From Pocillopora damicornis (lineage: Eukaryota): DNA of 64,000 bases. Where the stretch lies: assembly GCF_003704095.1 (NCBI RefSeq), contig NW_020846693.1:186001-250000 (forward strand), written 5' to 3'. Under the pieces are notes generated by a model, which was given only the letters and a program-made list of their open reading frames with translations, was not told where the DNA came from and searched no databases. The first letter of the stretch is position 1. Each line of letters opens with the position of its first letter. A program made the position numbers and the translations under genes. Positions 1 to 18,173 of this stretch are shown here, in pieces.

Positions 1-245
1 ATGTTTAAGGGAAGTTGACATAAGATCTTCTTTTGGCTAAAATATGGTAATATATATTTGTTCAAAGACAAATCAGATATCTGCATCAAAAAGCTTACAA
101 TTTTCCTCAAGCTTTGCTTGTAATAAATTCATTGTCCATATTTTATGTGAAAATGCAAAAACAATTTTTCTACGAGACTACATCTACTCTAACAATACTG
201 ACAAAAGTACACTACTTCCATGGAACATACTGTAATAACCTATAC

Positions 246-2950
246 CTGCCAATGATGTTTGTCAACAAAAAGAAACAATGATTGCGATGGATTGCTAAGG
301 ATCAAACCAGTGTGCTCCTTTCTGGTCAAAAGTCGTAGCAACTGTTTCTCGTAGTCGTGGTTTTCAAATTCAAACTTGCCCTAGAGATAACAGCCAAACA
401 AACCTAACATCAATTCAGTTGTGGGTGAGGAGAGTAAAAAATATTGCAAATTACAAATAAATCTACATTAGAAACAGTTATATTCAGGGGGGGTCTTCTC
501 TTACATTTGTACTCCCACCCTATCCTTACATTTTGGATAATATTACAAAACTTCACCTGAATGAGTCTATATTCAGAATTTTCCTCCCCTTTCCATCGTG
601 AAAACAGCAGACATACTATCTTGTCAATGTCATTGCGAGGCCACAAAAAGAAATCAATTTCCTGCACACATCCAATGACATCCTAGGAAATGATCAAAAG
701 ATAAATGTTACCCACCTTTGACAAGTATGGTACAAAGGGTTACAAGCTTTTTGTTTATTCCATAATTCTATAAAAAATCCAATCTGTGCAAAGCTTCATT
801 TTTAAGGACAATTTAAGGTTCCGTTGGGACAAATGTGTATCCCACAAATGAATTTAGGAAGTTGGATAGAATGCACCTATTAAAATTAATTAACAAGGCC
901 TAGCTAACACACAGTCTAACTTAGAGTTTCATACTTTTCTTAAACACTGATATCTTGGAGCATGAAGTTGAACAATGTCTTTCTCCAACAGCTGTTGTGA
1001 GCTCTCAAGGGAATACACCTCTTCCTTCAAAAGAAAATATATTATCTACTTGTAAAACTCTTACAATTATCTTTGCATTTAAATAGGAAGCTTCAAGCTG
1101 GTATTTTCTCTGTCTCCTATGGAATTCACTAGCTCTTCACTCTTAAACCAGATAGGGGCTGCTGTGTAATTTAAGTTGACCCTTTAACTATGATGAGTGA
1201 CTAAGATAGAATTTCTCTATACATTAACAACGTAAAATCAATAAATGAGAATAAAGAAAAATTTAATTTAGGAGATTATTAGTTTAACTAACATCATAAG
1301 AATAGTTAGGAGAATTACTCGTATGGTCTTGGGAGCAGAAGGGTTAAATGCACTACGATGCAGCTTCCAGAGAACAAAAGACCACTCTAATGACTGATTT
1401 ATCAGACTATAATAATTATATATATGTACAATTTATGTGTGAGAACTTAACTAAACTGTCACTCTTAAGAAACCAGGGCAAATGGCAAATTTAACTGTTG
1501 TACTCATTTCCTATCCCTCATCAGCACTAGCATAAACAAACGTTTATTTTCACCTTGACACCTTTTAAGATGCTGTCTTCATAGTTATTTGTCATCACTG
1601 GGATCACCTCTGCCACTTCAAACAATGCAGACTTCTTCTTCTGTAACAAATAACATTGACTACTTTTAAGAGGACTAGTGCTTTCACATGTGCATTTCTT
1701 TCAGTGGGTGGGTACTTGCATCAACAGCCCCAGTTGTTTGAAGATCGGATAATGCTATCCACTGGATAAATCTCTATCCAGTTGATAACGCTATACATTT
1801 TGCTATCACTTATCTACTGGATAGTGATTTATCTGTCCGATAGAATTGTCCACTGTTTACACAACTGGACCCAGGATGGTAAAGAGTCCAACTACTGTAG
1901 CTAATAAGTTGGTAAAAACACTAGGAAGTTAAGAGCAATCAAACAATATGAAAACAAAATCCTAGCGATTTAAAGTTGACTCCTTGTGTATTGAATTGTC
2001 CATAAACACTTTGGTTTTGGGGGAGTTGAGGTTTTGGAAGATGGGAAGAAAAACAAAAGGCATGTTTTACTTACAGCTGTAAAGATAATTATTGCTTTAT
2101 CATTCTAACTATGCAGAAAGTGTTCCACTACATCAATGTTTAGATAAAAACCATGAGGTGATCAACAGTTCTGAAGGGAATACAGCAATATGTGCTGATA
2201 TACCCCTTCCAGTTATTAAAGGTACAATTTTGAGGAAAGTGACCTCAAGAGAAATATTACTTTAAAATGGGCAGGTATTGTTTTGAGTGGTGGAGGGTGA
2301 GAGTTCTTGACTCCTGGCTCTGAGGAGCAATCAACAGGAGTAGAAAGGATATACATTTGAGCCCTATTAAATCCTGACTTTTTATTCCTTTATTTATTCT
2401 GAGGTTCACTTTTTTATGTCAATTTAAAGTGAGAATCACTCATACTGAATATAGACTTATCACATTTGTAATCAAAATACTCACATCTGTATACTATAGC
2501 AATAACAATTCTAGTATGATCGTTTCATAAATCATAAAAAAATTACACTATTCATTTTGATTAGTGTTTTGTGCTCCAATGTTTTCGTTAGATCAAATTT
2601 TATTTAACATTATTACAGACTAATTTTCAAACTTTGTGATAACCAACAACATTCGAACTTGCAATCTCAATAGAAGATAACTATTGAACCACAAAACAGT
2701 ACGAATAACTTAATGTATATGAAGAGTGTAATAGAAACCTTTTTACGACGGTGAAATTGCGTGAATTGTTAATAAAATCCACTTATTTATTACTATATCT
2801 GCCACTAAATAATTTGCTTACCTTATCTTTAAAAACCACTGCAAAGTACATTTTGAAGTCAAATTGCTCGGCCAAAGATTCCCGTTTTCGTCGCAGTTGC
2901 GATCGCAACCGGTTGAGCGTTGCTGATTTCCTGGAGGCAGGGTCAGCCAT
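246..2950 (-). CDS. C6orf62: C6orf62 homolog (uncharacterised conserved protein), 5 exons visible, last exon(s) left of the window
   Basis: GT-AG exons 2822-2950, ~1554-1640, ~935-1024, ~557-682, 246-380 splice to [133 protein letters not shown]..., which I recognise as closely matching vertebrate C6orf62. Confidence 0.9.
1176..1347. repeat. Short MITE-like element (TTAACCCTT...AAGGGTTAA family)
   Basis: Starts ttgacccttt, ends gaagggttaa; internal gagtgactaagatagaatttctc resembles the reverse complement of the end of the copy at 61087-61292. Confidence 0.5.
1726..1874. mobile_element. Palindromic MITE in a C6orf62 intron
   Basis: Imperfect terminal inverted repeats (ccccagttgttt ... acacaactggaccc) with internal tatcca/tggata repeats. 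Confidence 0.65.
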
Positions 2951-3346
2951 TCGAGAACAAGGATTGTATAACCAAGAGAAACTTACGGTTGTGGCCGAAA
3001 AAAAAACTATAAACTTCTGTCGGCTGACAGTGTAGGTTAGCTAGCTGTAGGAAGCACAGTTGGTAGTTGACTGGCTATATTCCTAAGAAAAACTGCGAAA
3101 ATTTAGCCTTAGATGTTTCGGAGCTATTTTATACTGTCTTGAGTTTTCATTTTCGGCATTTTGATGGTCCTCACAGCGCCTCGATGTCCTAATATTCATG
3201 AAAAGTTCTGTTCTATCTGCCGTCTGTCCTGTCTTCTCACGGCGAAAAATATGGCATCCCGTGACGTCGAGGCCTCGTTTTGAGTTTGCTATTCGACACC
3301 CTTTTTTAAATTTGGCTCCGTCACGCAACATATACAGCCGTTCCTA
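2951..3346. promoter_or_regulatory. Probable bidirectional promoter between C6orf62 and FAXC
   Basis: Divergent start codons at 2950 (-) and 3347 (+), about 400 bp apart, CpG-enriched relative to the flanks. Confidence 0.6.
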
Positions 3347-3950
3347 ATGGCGTTCGAACTTTATAGCGTGATATTTGCTGTTCTTTTCGCCTGTGGTTGT
3401 CTAGTTCTTCTGCTGGTGGTGCAAGCCGTTTTAGTTTCCATGAGACTGAAGCCAAAGAAGAATCAGAGCCCACGGCATGGAAAGGTTGTCCTTCATCAAA
3501 TGCCTCCAAATTCCCGAGTTTTAAATGTTTCTCCATCTTGTCTAAAGCTAGAGACCTATTTACGAATGAACAAAATCCCCTATGAAAGCGACTACAGCTT
3601 TAGAATGTCGAGCAAAGGCAAAGTGCCATGGATTGAATATAATGGAACGTCCGTTGCGGATTCAAACTTTATTGTCCGTTTTCTCAACGAAGAATTTCAA
3701 TTGGACCCCGATGCCCATCTGAGTGTCGAGGAAAAAGCCATCGCGCATACCATGCTCGTAACACTTGAGGAGAATACGTATTGGTACGACCTCTAATAAT
3801 ACATAATACACTTATCTGTTTTNNNNNNNNNNNNNNNNNNNNNNNNNNNNNNNNNNNNNNNNNNNNNNNNNNNNNNNNNNNNNNNNNNNNNNNNNNNNNN
3901 NNNNNNNNNNNNNNNNNNNNNNNNNNNNNNNNNNNNNNNNNNNNNNNNNN

Positions 3951-3984
<34 letters not shown>

Positions 3985-5398
3985 TAGTGATTCCATGTTT
4001 GATTTTCTTTTTAGATACACAGTTGCTTTTCAATAGGGGTGGAGTTTGCACCTTGTCAAAAGCATAATCAAGGTGGGAAGAGGGAATGCATTCCATTATT
4101 TTTCTCAAACAGGAACTTGCACAGAATTAGGCTGTAGAACAGGCCTAATTTTTTTCGGCATTTGTTAGGTGAAGAGAGGCAAGTGCAAAGCACGAGTCAT
4201 GTGCAAGGGTAGGAGAGCAATAAAACTTTTTTAAAAAGAAAATAGGTCATGTATTTCAGGGTTTTTTCCTCTCATACAAGTGTCTCAAAATGTCTTTTTG
4301 CTGCAAATTAGGTGATGTCTACACTTGGGCAGGAGCCCATTATTCGGAACTTCCATCCTTCATACTTACCCTCTGAGTCAACCCTGTCCTGTATCTTTTT
4401 GTTTTTAGAAGCACCTTTGGGGGTGTTTACATAAAAGCCAATCATATGAGAGCTGTGGTCCTCTATTGTTTACGTCACATGCAGGCCACATGTTTTTGTG
4501 GGAAATTATAGAACTCCCCTATATCTCAGTTCTAAAAATAAAAGAATATGGGACAGGGTTGACTTGAGGGTACAATTGGTATGGAGGCTCCGGGTAATGG
4601 GCTCCTGACTCCAGCTGTGTAGACAAGTTACATGGACTGAACAAGATTAATTACATTCACTCCACATGTTTTCCAAGGGTTATGATCAGATCTTTTTCAA
4701 ATTTACAGCACTTGAAATGAACAAAACTTCAGCAAACCATTTGTAAAACTTAAGCAAAATCCAGTTTAAACCTTCCTTTCCTAACAGAATTCCAGTTTGG
4801 CTTCAGCAAGGCTCCCCTCCCTCCTCTTCCTCACTGCCTCCAAGAGCTTGCACAGTTTTCTGTTTGTCAAGGATCTGATCCATACACAAAACCACTTCCC
4901 TACAGCACTGTAATAGTTCTCCTTTGTCTTATGTAATTTTCCATTTAATCTTGTAACAGGACTCTGATATATCATAGCTTTGTGGCTGATCTGGCAGATA
5001 CAAGGTCGATGTCACCTCTATTGGGAGTAACACCAATTCCTCTAAATTATGTTATGTCATGGTTAGCATCTCATTATCTGCGCCAGAACCTCTGGGGTCA
5101 CGGAATTGGGCGGCACTCTAGAGAGGAAATTTACAGCATTGCAGAGAGGGACCTAAGGGCTGTATCACAAGTGCTAGGAACAAAGAGGTTTATCATGGGA
5201 AGCAAGCCATGCCTTTTAGATGCTGCAATATTTGGATTGGTTGCAGTATTCCTTTGGAATGTTCCACACAGCCCACAGGCAAAACTTATCAGGTCACAAT
5301 TGAAGAACTTGGAAGCACATTGTTATACCATCAAGGAGGAGTATTTCCCAGACTGGGATGAATTAATATTGAAAAACACAAATTCTCTTGATTATTAA
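3347..5398 (+). CDS. FAXC: Failed axon connections homolog (FAXC/metaxin-like GST-fold protein), 2 exons
   Basis: Exons 3347-3783 and 4960-5398 join in frame (TG|G). N-terminal hydrophobic segment, SPSCLKLETYLRM..IPYE, SSKGKVPWIEYNG..VADSNFI, GHGIGRHS.EEIY..AERDLRAVS..LG.K.FIMG.KP...DAAIFG motifs. Confidence 0.88.
3951..3980 (+). repeat. (GA)n microsatellite abutting an assembly gap
   Basis: Direct reading. Confidence 0.95.
4317..4624. mobile_element. MITE with ~90-bp imperfect terminal inverted repeats in the FAXC intron
   Basis: gtctacac...caggagcccatta...gagtcaaccctgtcc...tttttagaa at left mirrors ttctaaaaat...ggacagggttgact...taatgggctcctg...gtgtagac at right. Confidence 0.7.
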
Positions 5399-6203
5399 CC
5401 CTGGTTTAATGTCCATCAAATCACCACTTTTGTTAACAATATTGACCTTCATTATCAATACTCTTCCTATCAGTACAAGTAAATTACTAAACTTTGATGT
5501 AACAGTTTTTTTCTTGTGATCTTAAAACCACTTCCAATTTTTTTGTGCCAATTCAAGGATAGCATTCAGTAAAAAATTAATGCAACAAAGAAATATTATC
5601 TTTGGTATAATGGTATATTTTCTAACTGTATGAAAATTTGACAGAGGGTAACAAGAGACCCCCCTTGAATTTTCATCATTCCTCTCTTCTAACACCTTTC
5701 AGCTGCATTACCAGTGTTGTCTGGACTCAACTTTGAGCTCACTGATGATCTGAGTCTACTGGCTCAAGCACAGGAGTGTATGCCTCTTCTATGTCTGAAT
5801 CTAAGTATTTATAGGGATTTGCATCTAGTTTTCTCAAGATATCCAACTATACACAATTTATGCAAAAAAATTAAATAAAATTGTGAAGTTGAATGAGGTT
5901 CAGGTCACTGCTCCAATTTCAACTGTTTTGCACTGATAATCAGCTGTTGTTTAATGAGCGTAAAGACTTCCATTGAAAACACCATATCTTATCATTTCTC
6001 TGAATTGTAGCTTGTACTAATATGAAATCTCAACACAAGGCATATTTCAGGGAAGAGGCCCCTGGTATGTGAATACTAAAACTCATGTCAGGGAGACTTG
6101 AATAACTGCAAACCAGTAAGGTTGAGCTTGCCTATGAAAAAGGATTACTGTTTTTTCCAAAGTGGCCTAATGATTGTAAATCCTCCAGTGCTGGTGAACC
6201 AAA

Positions 6204-7082
6204 CTAAGTTGGTTTAATTGTGTCACAAGGACCTCCACTACAAGGCCAATTTCCGCAATGCCACTGGCCACTTTTATAAACAGGCTTTGGTACTGGTAAA
6301 TCATTTTCTGGGCAATCTGCCAAAGAATTACATTCACTCCAATTACAAGCAACTTTTCGACCTTGATATTCATATTTTGCCTTCAATACCACATAACCAC
6401 GACTCTTTCCAGTAACACTATCCAGTGGTAACATGGACTGGAAGAGCACTTCCATAGGAACCCAATAGGGCGGATATTTGAACCGGGCTGTGTCAAACAT
6501 CAATACAGATTTTGATTCTTTGTCCATTGCAGCAACAGGACTGAAATGACCGTCGCCTGTTTGTCCCAAAGTCTTCCTCGAGTAAGAAATTGCCATGAAC
6601 TCCTCTGGATTTTCCTCATCAAACGTTTCTCCTTTAACCTCCTTGCCACCAGTGCAGACTCGCTCTAGAATCTGAATAAATTTCTTGTATTGTTCGTTCG
6701 AGTCGTTCGGTCGAACAAGGGTGGCTTCTGCTCCATTGCAGTGTGCTAAACAAACAAATTCTTCCAAAGTGATACCCGATACTTTCACGTCTTCTAGCGG
6801 ACGACAACACTCTAAGAGTTCCTCGGTAAACCATCGCCAAATAGTTCTCCAGATACGTTGAGGATCTATTCGCAGGGCATTTAAGATAATCGCTAAAGTA
6901 CTGACCCCGCAATAAGCTGGTTCAGCTTGAGTATTAAAGCACGAAGACAAAGATAGGTAAGGAACAGCATGACCAGTTTGCAGAGCACGGCAGAGGCGAG
7001 TCTTGGACTCCGTAGATCGGTAGTCAACCAGATTTTGAGGGAGAGAACGCCCATAAAATGTTCTAGGAGTGTTAGAAGACAT
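6204..7082 (-). CDS. PCS: Phytochelatin synthase (glutathione gamma-glutamylcysteinyltransferase), intronless CDS
   Basis: FNTQAEPAYCGVSTL (catalytic Cys), WRWFTEELLECC, GITLEEF.CLA.CNG, GQTGDGHFSP (His), FDTARFKYPPYWV (Asp), D..TGKSRG. Start placed at MSSNTPRTFYGR (7082) by comparison with paralog starts; the open frame extends to 7196. Confidence 0.93.
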   Translation of the reverse strand: MSSNTPRTFYGRSLPQNLVDYRSTESKTRLCRALQTGHAVPYLSLSSCFNTQAEPAYCGVSTLAIILNALRIDPQRIWRTIWRWFTEELLECCRPLEDVKVSGITLEEFVCLAHCNGAEATLVRPNDSNEQYKKFIQILERVCTGGKEVKGETFDEENPEEFMAISYSRKTLGQTGDGHFSPVAAMDKESKSVLMFDTARFKYPPYWVPMEVLFQSMLPLDSVTGKSRGYVVLKAKYEYQGRKVACNWSECNSLADCPENDLPVPKPVYKSGQWHCGNWPCSGGPCDTIKPT

Positions 7083-7412
7083 TGCATCCAGTGAATGATC
7101 TCTGTTTCCCCAAATTTTTCTCCTACTCGCTTGGTAAATGTTTGATGACCACCCAGGTGTTTTTCTGAAGCGTAACAAGTACATTCTCAGACACATTCCC
7201 AGTACTTACCGAGTCTTGGCCGGCTCGACTTGAATCCGGTCTTGTGGTATAACAATCATATAGTGTCAGACAAAAAATTTAACTCAGTTGAACCCTAACG
7301 AACATTATAAAATAATTCAAATAGTACGCGCGCTCTGATTGGCCATAAAACCATTTTACATGAGCGTATGTAAACATTGTTTTCGTTCCTCTTTCATTGG
7401 TTTTTTTATAAA

Positions 7413-7598
7413 AGAAATGTGAAATGGTTTCCGTGTTTACATAGCCTGATGTAAACACGCGGGAGGTTGGGAGAAAACTTGAGAAGCTGGAAACCACTCC
7501 GCTTCGCGTCGTGGTTTCCTACGCTTATCTCGTGTTCTCCCAACCTCCCGCATGTTTACATCAGGCTATGTAAACACGGAAACCATTTTACATTTCTT
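7413..7598. repeat. Long hairpin/palindromic non-autonomous element upstream of PCS
   Basis: aaatggtttccgtgtttacatagcctgatgtaaacacgcgggaggttgggagaa is mirrored by ttctcccaacctcccgcatgtttacatcaggctatgtaaacacggaaaccattt around a central gaaaccac...gtggtttc. Confidence 0.8.
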
Positions 7599-7940
7599 AA
7601 ATCAAGAACACACTTACAAAAAATCCAACTCGCCACTAGATAAAGGAATAAATAAACAAACAGAATTAAGTTATTCAAATTCTGTCCTCATTAGGAACCT
7701 GTCATTGAATTATTATAAAGAATATTAATGTTTATTGTTGAGACATAGCGGGATAGATCAGCCGCGTCTCATACTTGCTGGTGGCCAAGATTTTGTATTT
7801 TGGTGTTGAAGATTTTTGCAATTTGACGGCAACAGAAGACCACATTGAGACCATCAAATCAAATGGCAAAGTGGGCTTCATTAAGTTCGAAAGAATCATG
7901 GTTGAAAAAGCTTTCCCGTCATTTTTACAGAAGGCGCTCG

Positions 7941-8076
7941 ATGTCGACTCTTTCATCTAAAACGGTTTACGGATCTCCGTTGTCTCGTTTTCTCGTTGAC
8001 TACCGATCTAAGGAATCCGAAACTCGCCTCTGCCGTGCTCTGCGAACTGGTTATGCTGTTCCTTACCTATCCTTAT
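7941..8076 (+). CDS. Phytochelatin synthase paralog, 5' fragment (cut by gap)
   Basis: MSTLSSKTVYGSPLSRFLVDYRSKESETRLCRALRTGYAVPYLSL aligns to the PCS N-terminus ...LVDYRSTESKTRLCRALQTGHAVPYLSL. Confidence 0.8.
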
Positions 8077-8176
8077 NNNNNNNNNNNNNNNNNNNNNNNN
8101 NNNNNNNNNNNNNNNNNNNNNNNNNNNNNNNNNNNNNNNNNNNNNNNNNNNNNNNNNNNNNNNNNNNNNNNNNNNN

Positions 8177-8243
8177 ATCGATAGTCAACAAGAAAATGAG
8201 GCAACGGAGATCTGTAAACCGTTTTAGATGAAGAAGTCAACAT
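8177..8243 (-). CDS. Second phytochelatin synthase paralog, 5' fragment (cut by gap)
   Basis: MLTSSSKTVYRSPLPHFLVDYR; upstream sequence similar but not identical to that of the 7941 copy. Confidence 0.72.
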
Positions 8244-8529
8244 CGAGCGCCTTCTGTAACAATCACACGAAAGCTTTTTAAACTTTGATTCTTTAGAACT
8301 TAATTTAAGCCCATTGTTTCGACTGATTTGATGATCTCAATGGGGTTTTCCGTCACCTTTCAATTCAAAAGGCCAAACTTATGACCGCAAATTGTGAAAA
8401 ATACAGTACCTTTACTGTTAACCGTCATCAAAGCCAGGCTGTATTAGACGCCTGTTCACGCCACTTAAAGAACGAAATGGAGCGAAGCCCCATAACGAGC
8501 TTTGCCTGCCGAAAAAGTCATGCAAATTA

Positions 8530-8655
8530 GGGTTGGGTGTATAATAGCATGATTTGGTTTTGTCAACCGAGTTGATATGTGATTTGGCCACTGTAAATAA
8601 TCTTAAGCTGATGTTTCTCGCGTTAGCCCTTTGTCACAGAGAGTCCACTCTGACG
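8530..8655 (-). repeat. Degenerate copy of the Penelope-type repeat also seen at 20796-20993
   Basis: Reverse complement reads gtgacaaagggctaacgcgagaaacatcagc...tacagtggccaaat...tcaactcggttgac. Confidence 0.6.
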
Positions 8656-9199
8656 CGTTTCCAGGCGTTCAGTTTATAAAACGGAGGGCAATATGATGCG
8701 ATATTAAACGGTGCGGTGGGCGCAAAGGTGCGAAAACACAAGGGAGGTTTGGGTCGAATCGAGTAATGTTCACTGCACAACACGATCCTAAATTCTTCCG
8801 TTTTTATTTATAATCTTTCCCTATCCAACTGCTGCATGTACGGGCGAAGATAACAGTAATGATGTTTTTATTTCCAGCAAAAAATCTCATGTCGTTTAAA
8901 GTACTATTATTAAAAGTGCCGTTTTATTGTCACCTTCAGACATAAAACCGGACGAAAAAACAATTGAGTAACTTCGTGAATAGAAGAGAGCGTCAACAAC
9001 AAAAGTTCGTCGTTAATGAGGTCTCTACTGAGTCGGATGGAAAATGGTCTCCTTGCCATTCTTAAATTGCTTTTTGGCAGCTTCTACAGAGAAGAATATT
9101 TCTAACAAACACTGAGACATTTCTACAATATGATTCATATTGCTTAATAAACAGGTTGTAAAAGAAAGGGAATTAAAATTTAAAGAAGACGAATTTGCA

Positions 9200-9362
9200 T
9201 TAGCTGCAGACTTTGTTAATACTCATGCTCACGACTGTGTTTTTTATTTCAAAAAACTGAATTCGTCTTTTGCCATGATTTACGAAGTCACTTTCATAAT
9301 TCCATTCTTGTTTTGCCTTCAATACCACATAACCTCGACTTTTTCCAGTGACACTATCCAAT
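9200..9362 (-). CDS. Phytochelatin synthase paralog, 3' fragment
   Basis: LDSVTGKSRGYVVLKAKQEWNYESDFVNHGKRRIQFFEIKNTVVSMSINKVCS*; first 17 aa identical to the intact PCS. Confidence 0.75.
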
Positions 9363-9462
9363 NNNNNNNNNNNNNNNNNNNNNNNNNNNNNNNNNNNNNN
9401 NNNNNNNNNNNNNNNNNNNNNNNNNNNNNNNNNNNNNNNNNNNNNNNNNNNNNNNNNNNNNN

Positions 9463-9544
9463 ATTGGATAGTGTCACTGGAAAAAGTCGAGGTTATGTGG
9501 TATTGAAGGCAAAACATGAATGGAAATTAAAAGGCCCTGCGTAA
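9463..9544 (+). CDS. Phytochelatin synthase paralog, 3' fragment
   Basis: LDSVTGKSRGYVVLKAKHEWKLKGPA*. Confidence 0.75.
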
Positions 9545-10522
9545 ATCATGCGAAAAACGGATGCGAGTAATATGAAACACCGGCAGCCCAGGCTCCAGCT
9601 GTCAGATGATCATTTTGCAAACTAAGAGTCATGGTGAAAATTTAAGAGTTTGTAAGGGAATACTTACGACCGCTTCCAGGAAGTAAAAAATACAGTCAAA
9701 TTCTCAATACAAATACCTCGCCTTACTTTCATAGTGTATTACCTGTTTGTGACCGCTTACTATATTGTAACGAGGCATTTTAGCGAGATATACACCTCTA
9801 GGTTTAGTACTCCTTCTCCTCGCAGTACATCATCCTTAAAGAATTTCAGTTCATTTTGAGTGAAAAAGTTCGTTCATTTTTAATATCTTTACATAAAAAA
9901 TGTCATCTCTTTTATCAAGGGGTTACTCATCATACCAATTTTCCCCATTTGATTCACATGGTATTTTTTTGTACTTCGAATGCGAATACAGCAAGTAAGT
10001 TCTCCATCCCGCATTTTAGGTCTGGTGAGACTATATTATAGCCAGGTTCAAAGCAGGAGAAAACTCCGTAAATATTCCCAAGAATGTTTTAATCCCGATA
10101 ATTAATCATTTATGTTTTTTTCTTGAAGGGAGTCATTGACAATTATTGATATCCCTGCTTTTTTTTCGATTTAAAAATATTCGTTTGGAAGGATTCGCGC
10201 GCGCTATTCGAACTTGTGCGCGAGGGGAGCGCGGGCTCATACTTTGCAGACCTCTCGTATCGCGCTCCAACTGAAAACTCGCGCGCTTCATCGCTCGCGA
10301 CGCGCAACGCCAATGAGAAACTGCTCGCAAACCATCCCTGGACGCTCAACAATTCAAAACTAAAACTTTGCTTCTGATAGATGCCAAACTTCTTAATCGT
10401 GAAAAAACGTAATATGAGAACATCACAAATTTTTTGTGCAAGACATCCTAAATCATTCTATGTTTCATGGAATAAAGTTTTAATGTTCAACTTTAAACAA
10501 ACGGTATATGTGACATTTCTTT

Positions 10523-14464
<3,942 letters not shown>

Positions 14465-15704
14465 TTCGGACGGTATAGAATTTAATGGCAGAGAAGAAAG
14501 AAAAACGGAAGCTGGAAATAAATGATCCCTCCTTCGACAAGTAACCGACGAACAGAGATGACTCCAAATCAAAAACTGAACTGATCATGTACCAGCTCTC
14601 TATTATATATGGTGACAATGACGTCAACGTCACCTGGAATAATAATATAAACTCAGGTATATTACAAACCTGTCTTATAAGGGGTGTCCCCTTGGGAGTT
14701 CTCTGCAGGCCAGAATTTTTAGTTGACCCTTTAACCCTAAGGAGGGGCTGGCTTCTAATTTCTCCTCGCATTATCGCCCCCAAAATGGCTAGAGGTCATG
14801 ATTGTCAAGCAAATTCTCCTTGTCAGTATTACAGGAAATGTAACGAGAATAGAGTATAGGAGAATATAAATATTAGAATCAGTCGATGTCTCATAGTGGT
14901 CTCTCAGAACGGCAGGTCGTAGCTTCTTGGAACAAATAATTTTATCGCAGCACCAGCGGGGGAGGGGACAAAGTTTTTACTTTTTTTATATTGGAACCAC
15001 AAACCGGTTGAAATTATGCGTTTACCTAGATATTTTTTTTATGGATTTCTGGAAAGGTTGTTTTTTCCACAAGACTGTCCAAGCTTCGTACATGGAGGGC
15101 ACTCCTTCAGCTAAAAATGGTACAATCTGTAAACCGGAATCGCCAGACCTCTAATACGGTGTTGCGGCTCTTTGAAAGGTAATATTCATTACCGATTTTT
15201 GTCTAGAAGGATAGCGGCCTAAATCAGGATCACTTCTTAGGGTCGTAATAGGGCCTGCTCAATAACTAGGTAACTCATTCCCAAACCTAAAATTTAATAA
15301 AACATCCTATTCCACCGAGGAACTTAACTGGTATTTCATGGGGAAATCTAGGAAATAGGGTGGGGGAAGTCATTATGGTCAAAGTTTAGAAAGTAAGGTT
15401 GTTCATAGTTCCCACTGGCACAGGGTTTAATTCATCTCTAGAAAAACAAATTGTATTATCATTTCCTTTTGTCATATTTAGTAAGTGAGAATTCTCGGCC
15501 AAAACTGTTATTAGGGCCCTACAAATGTTGTTGTTCCAAGGAAATTTCATGATAAGCTGTCACAAGCAACACAAATTCATAAAAACCACACTTCACTAGT
15601 CATGAAACAAACATTTATTCCTCAATCTTACAACACAATATCACAGAACTCAATCTCAAAACACAAAAGCATTAATTTTTTCTTCCAGGGTGGTCTTGTT
15701 TTGT

Positions 15705-18173
<2,469 letters not shown>

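Noticed and set aside
7845-8345. Apparent inverted repeat around the gap (and another at 9300-9530)
   Set aside because: Better explained by paralogous PCS ends and a flipped contig than by a real hairpin or transposon TIRs
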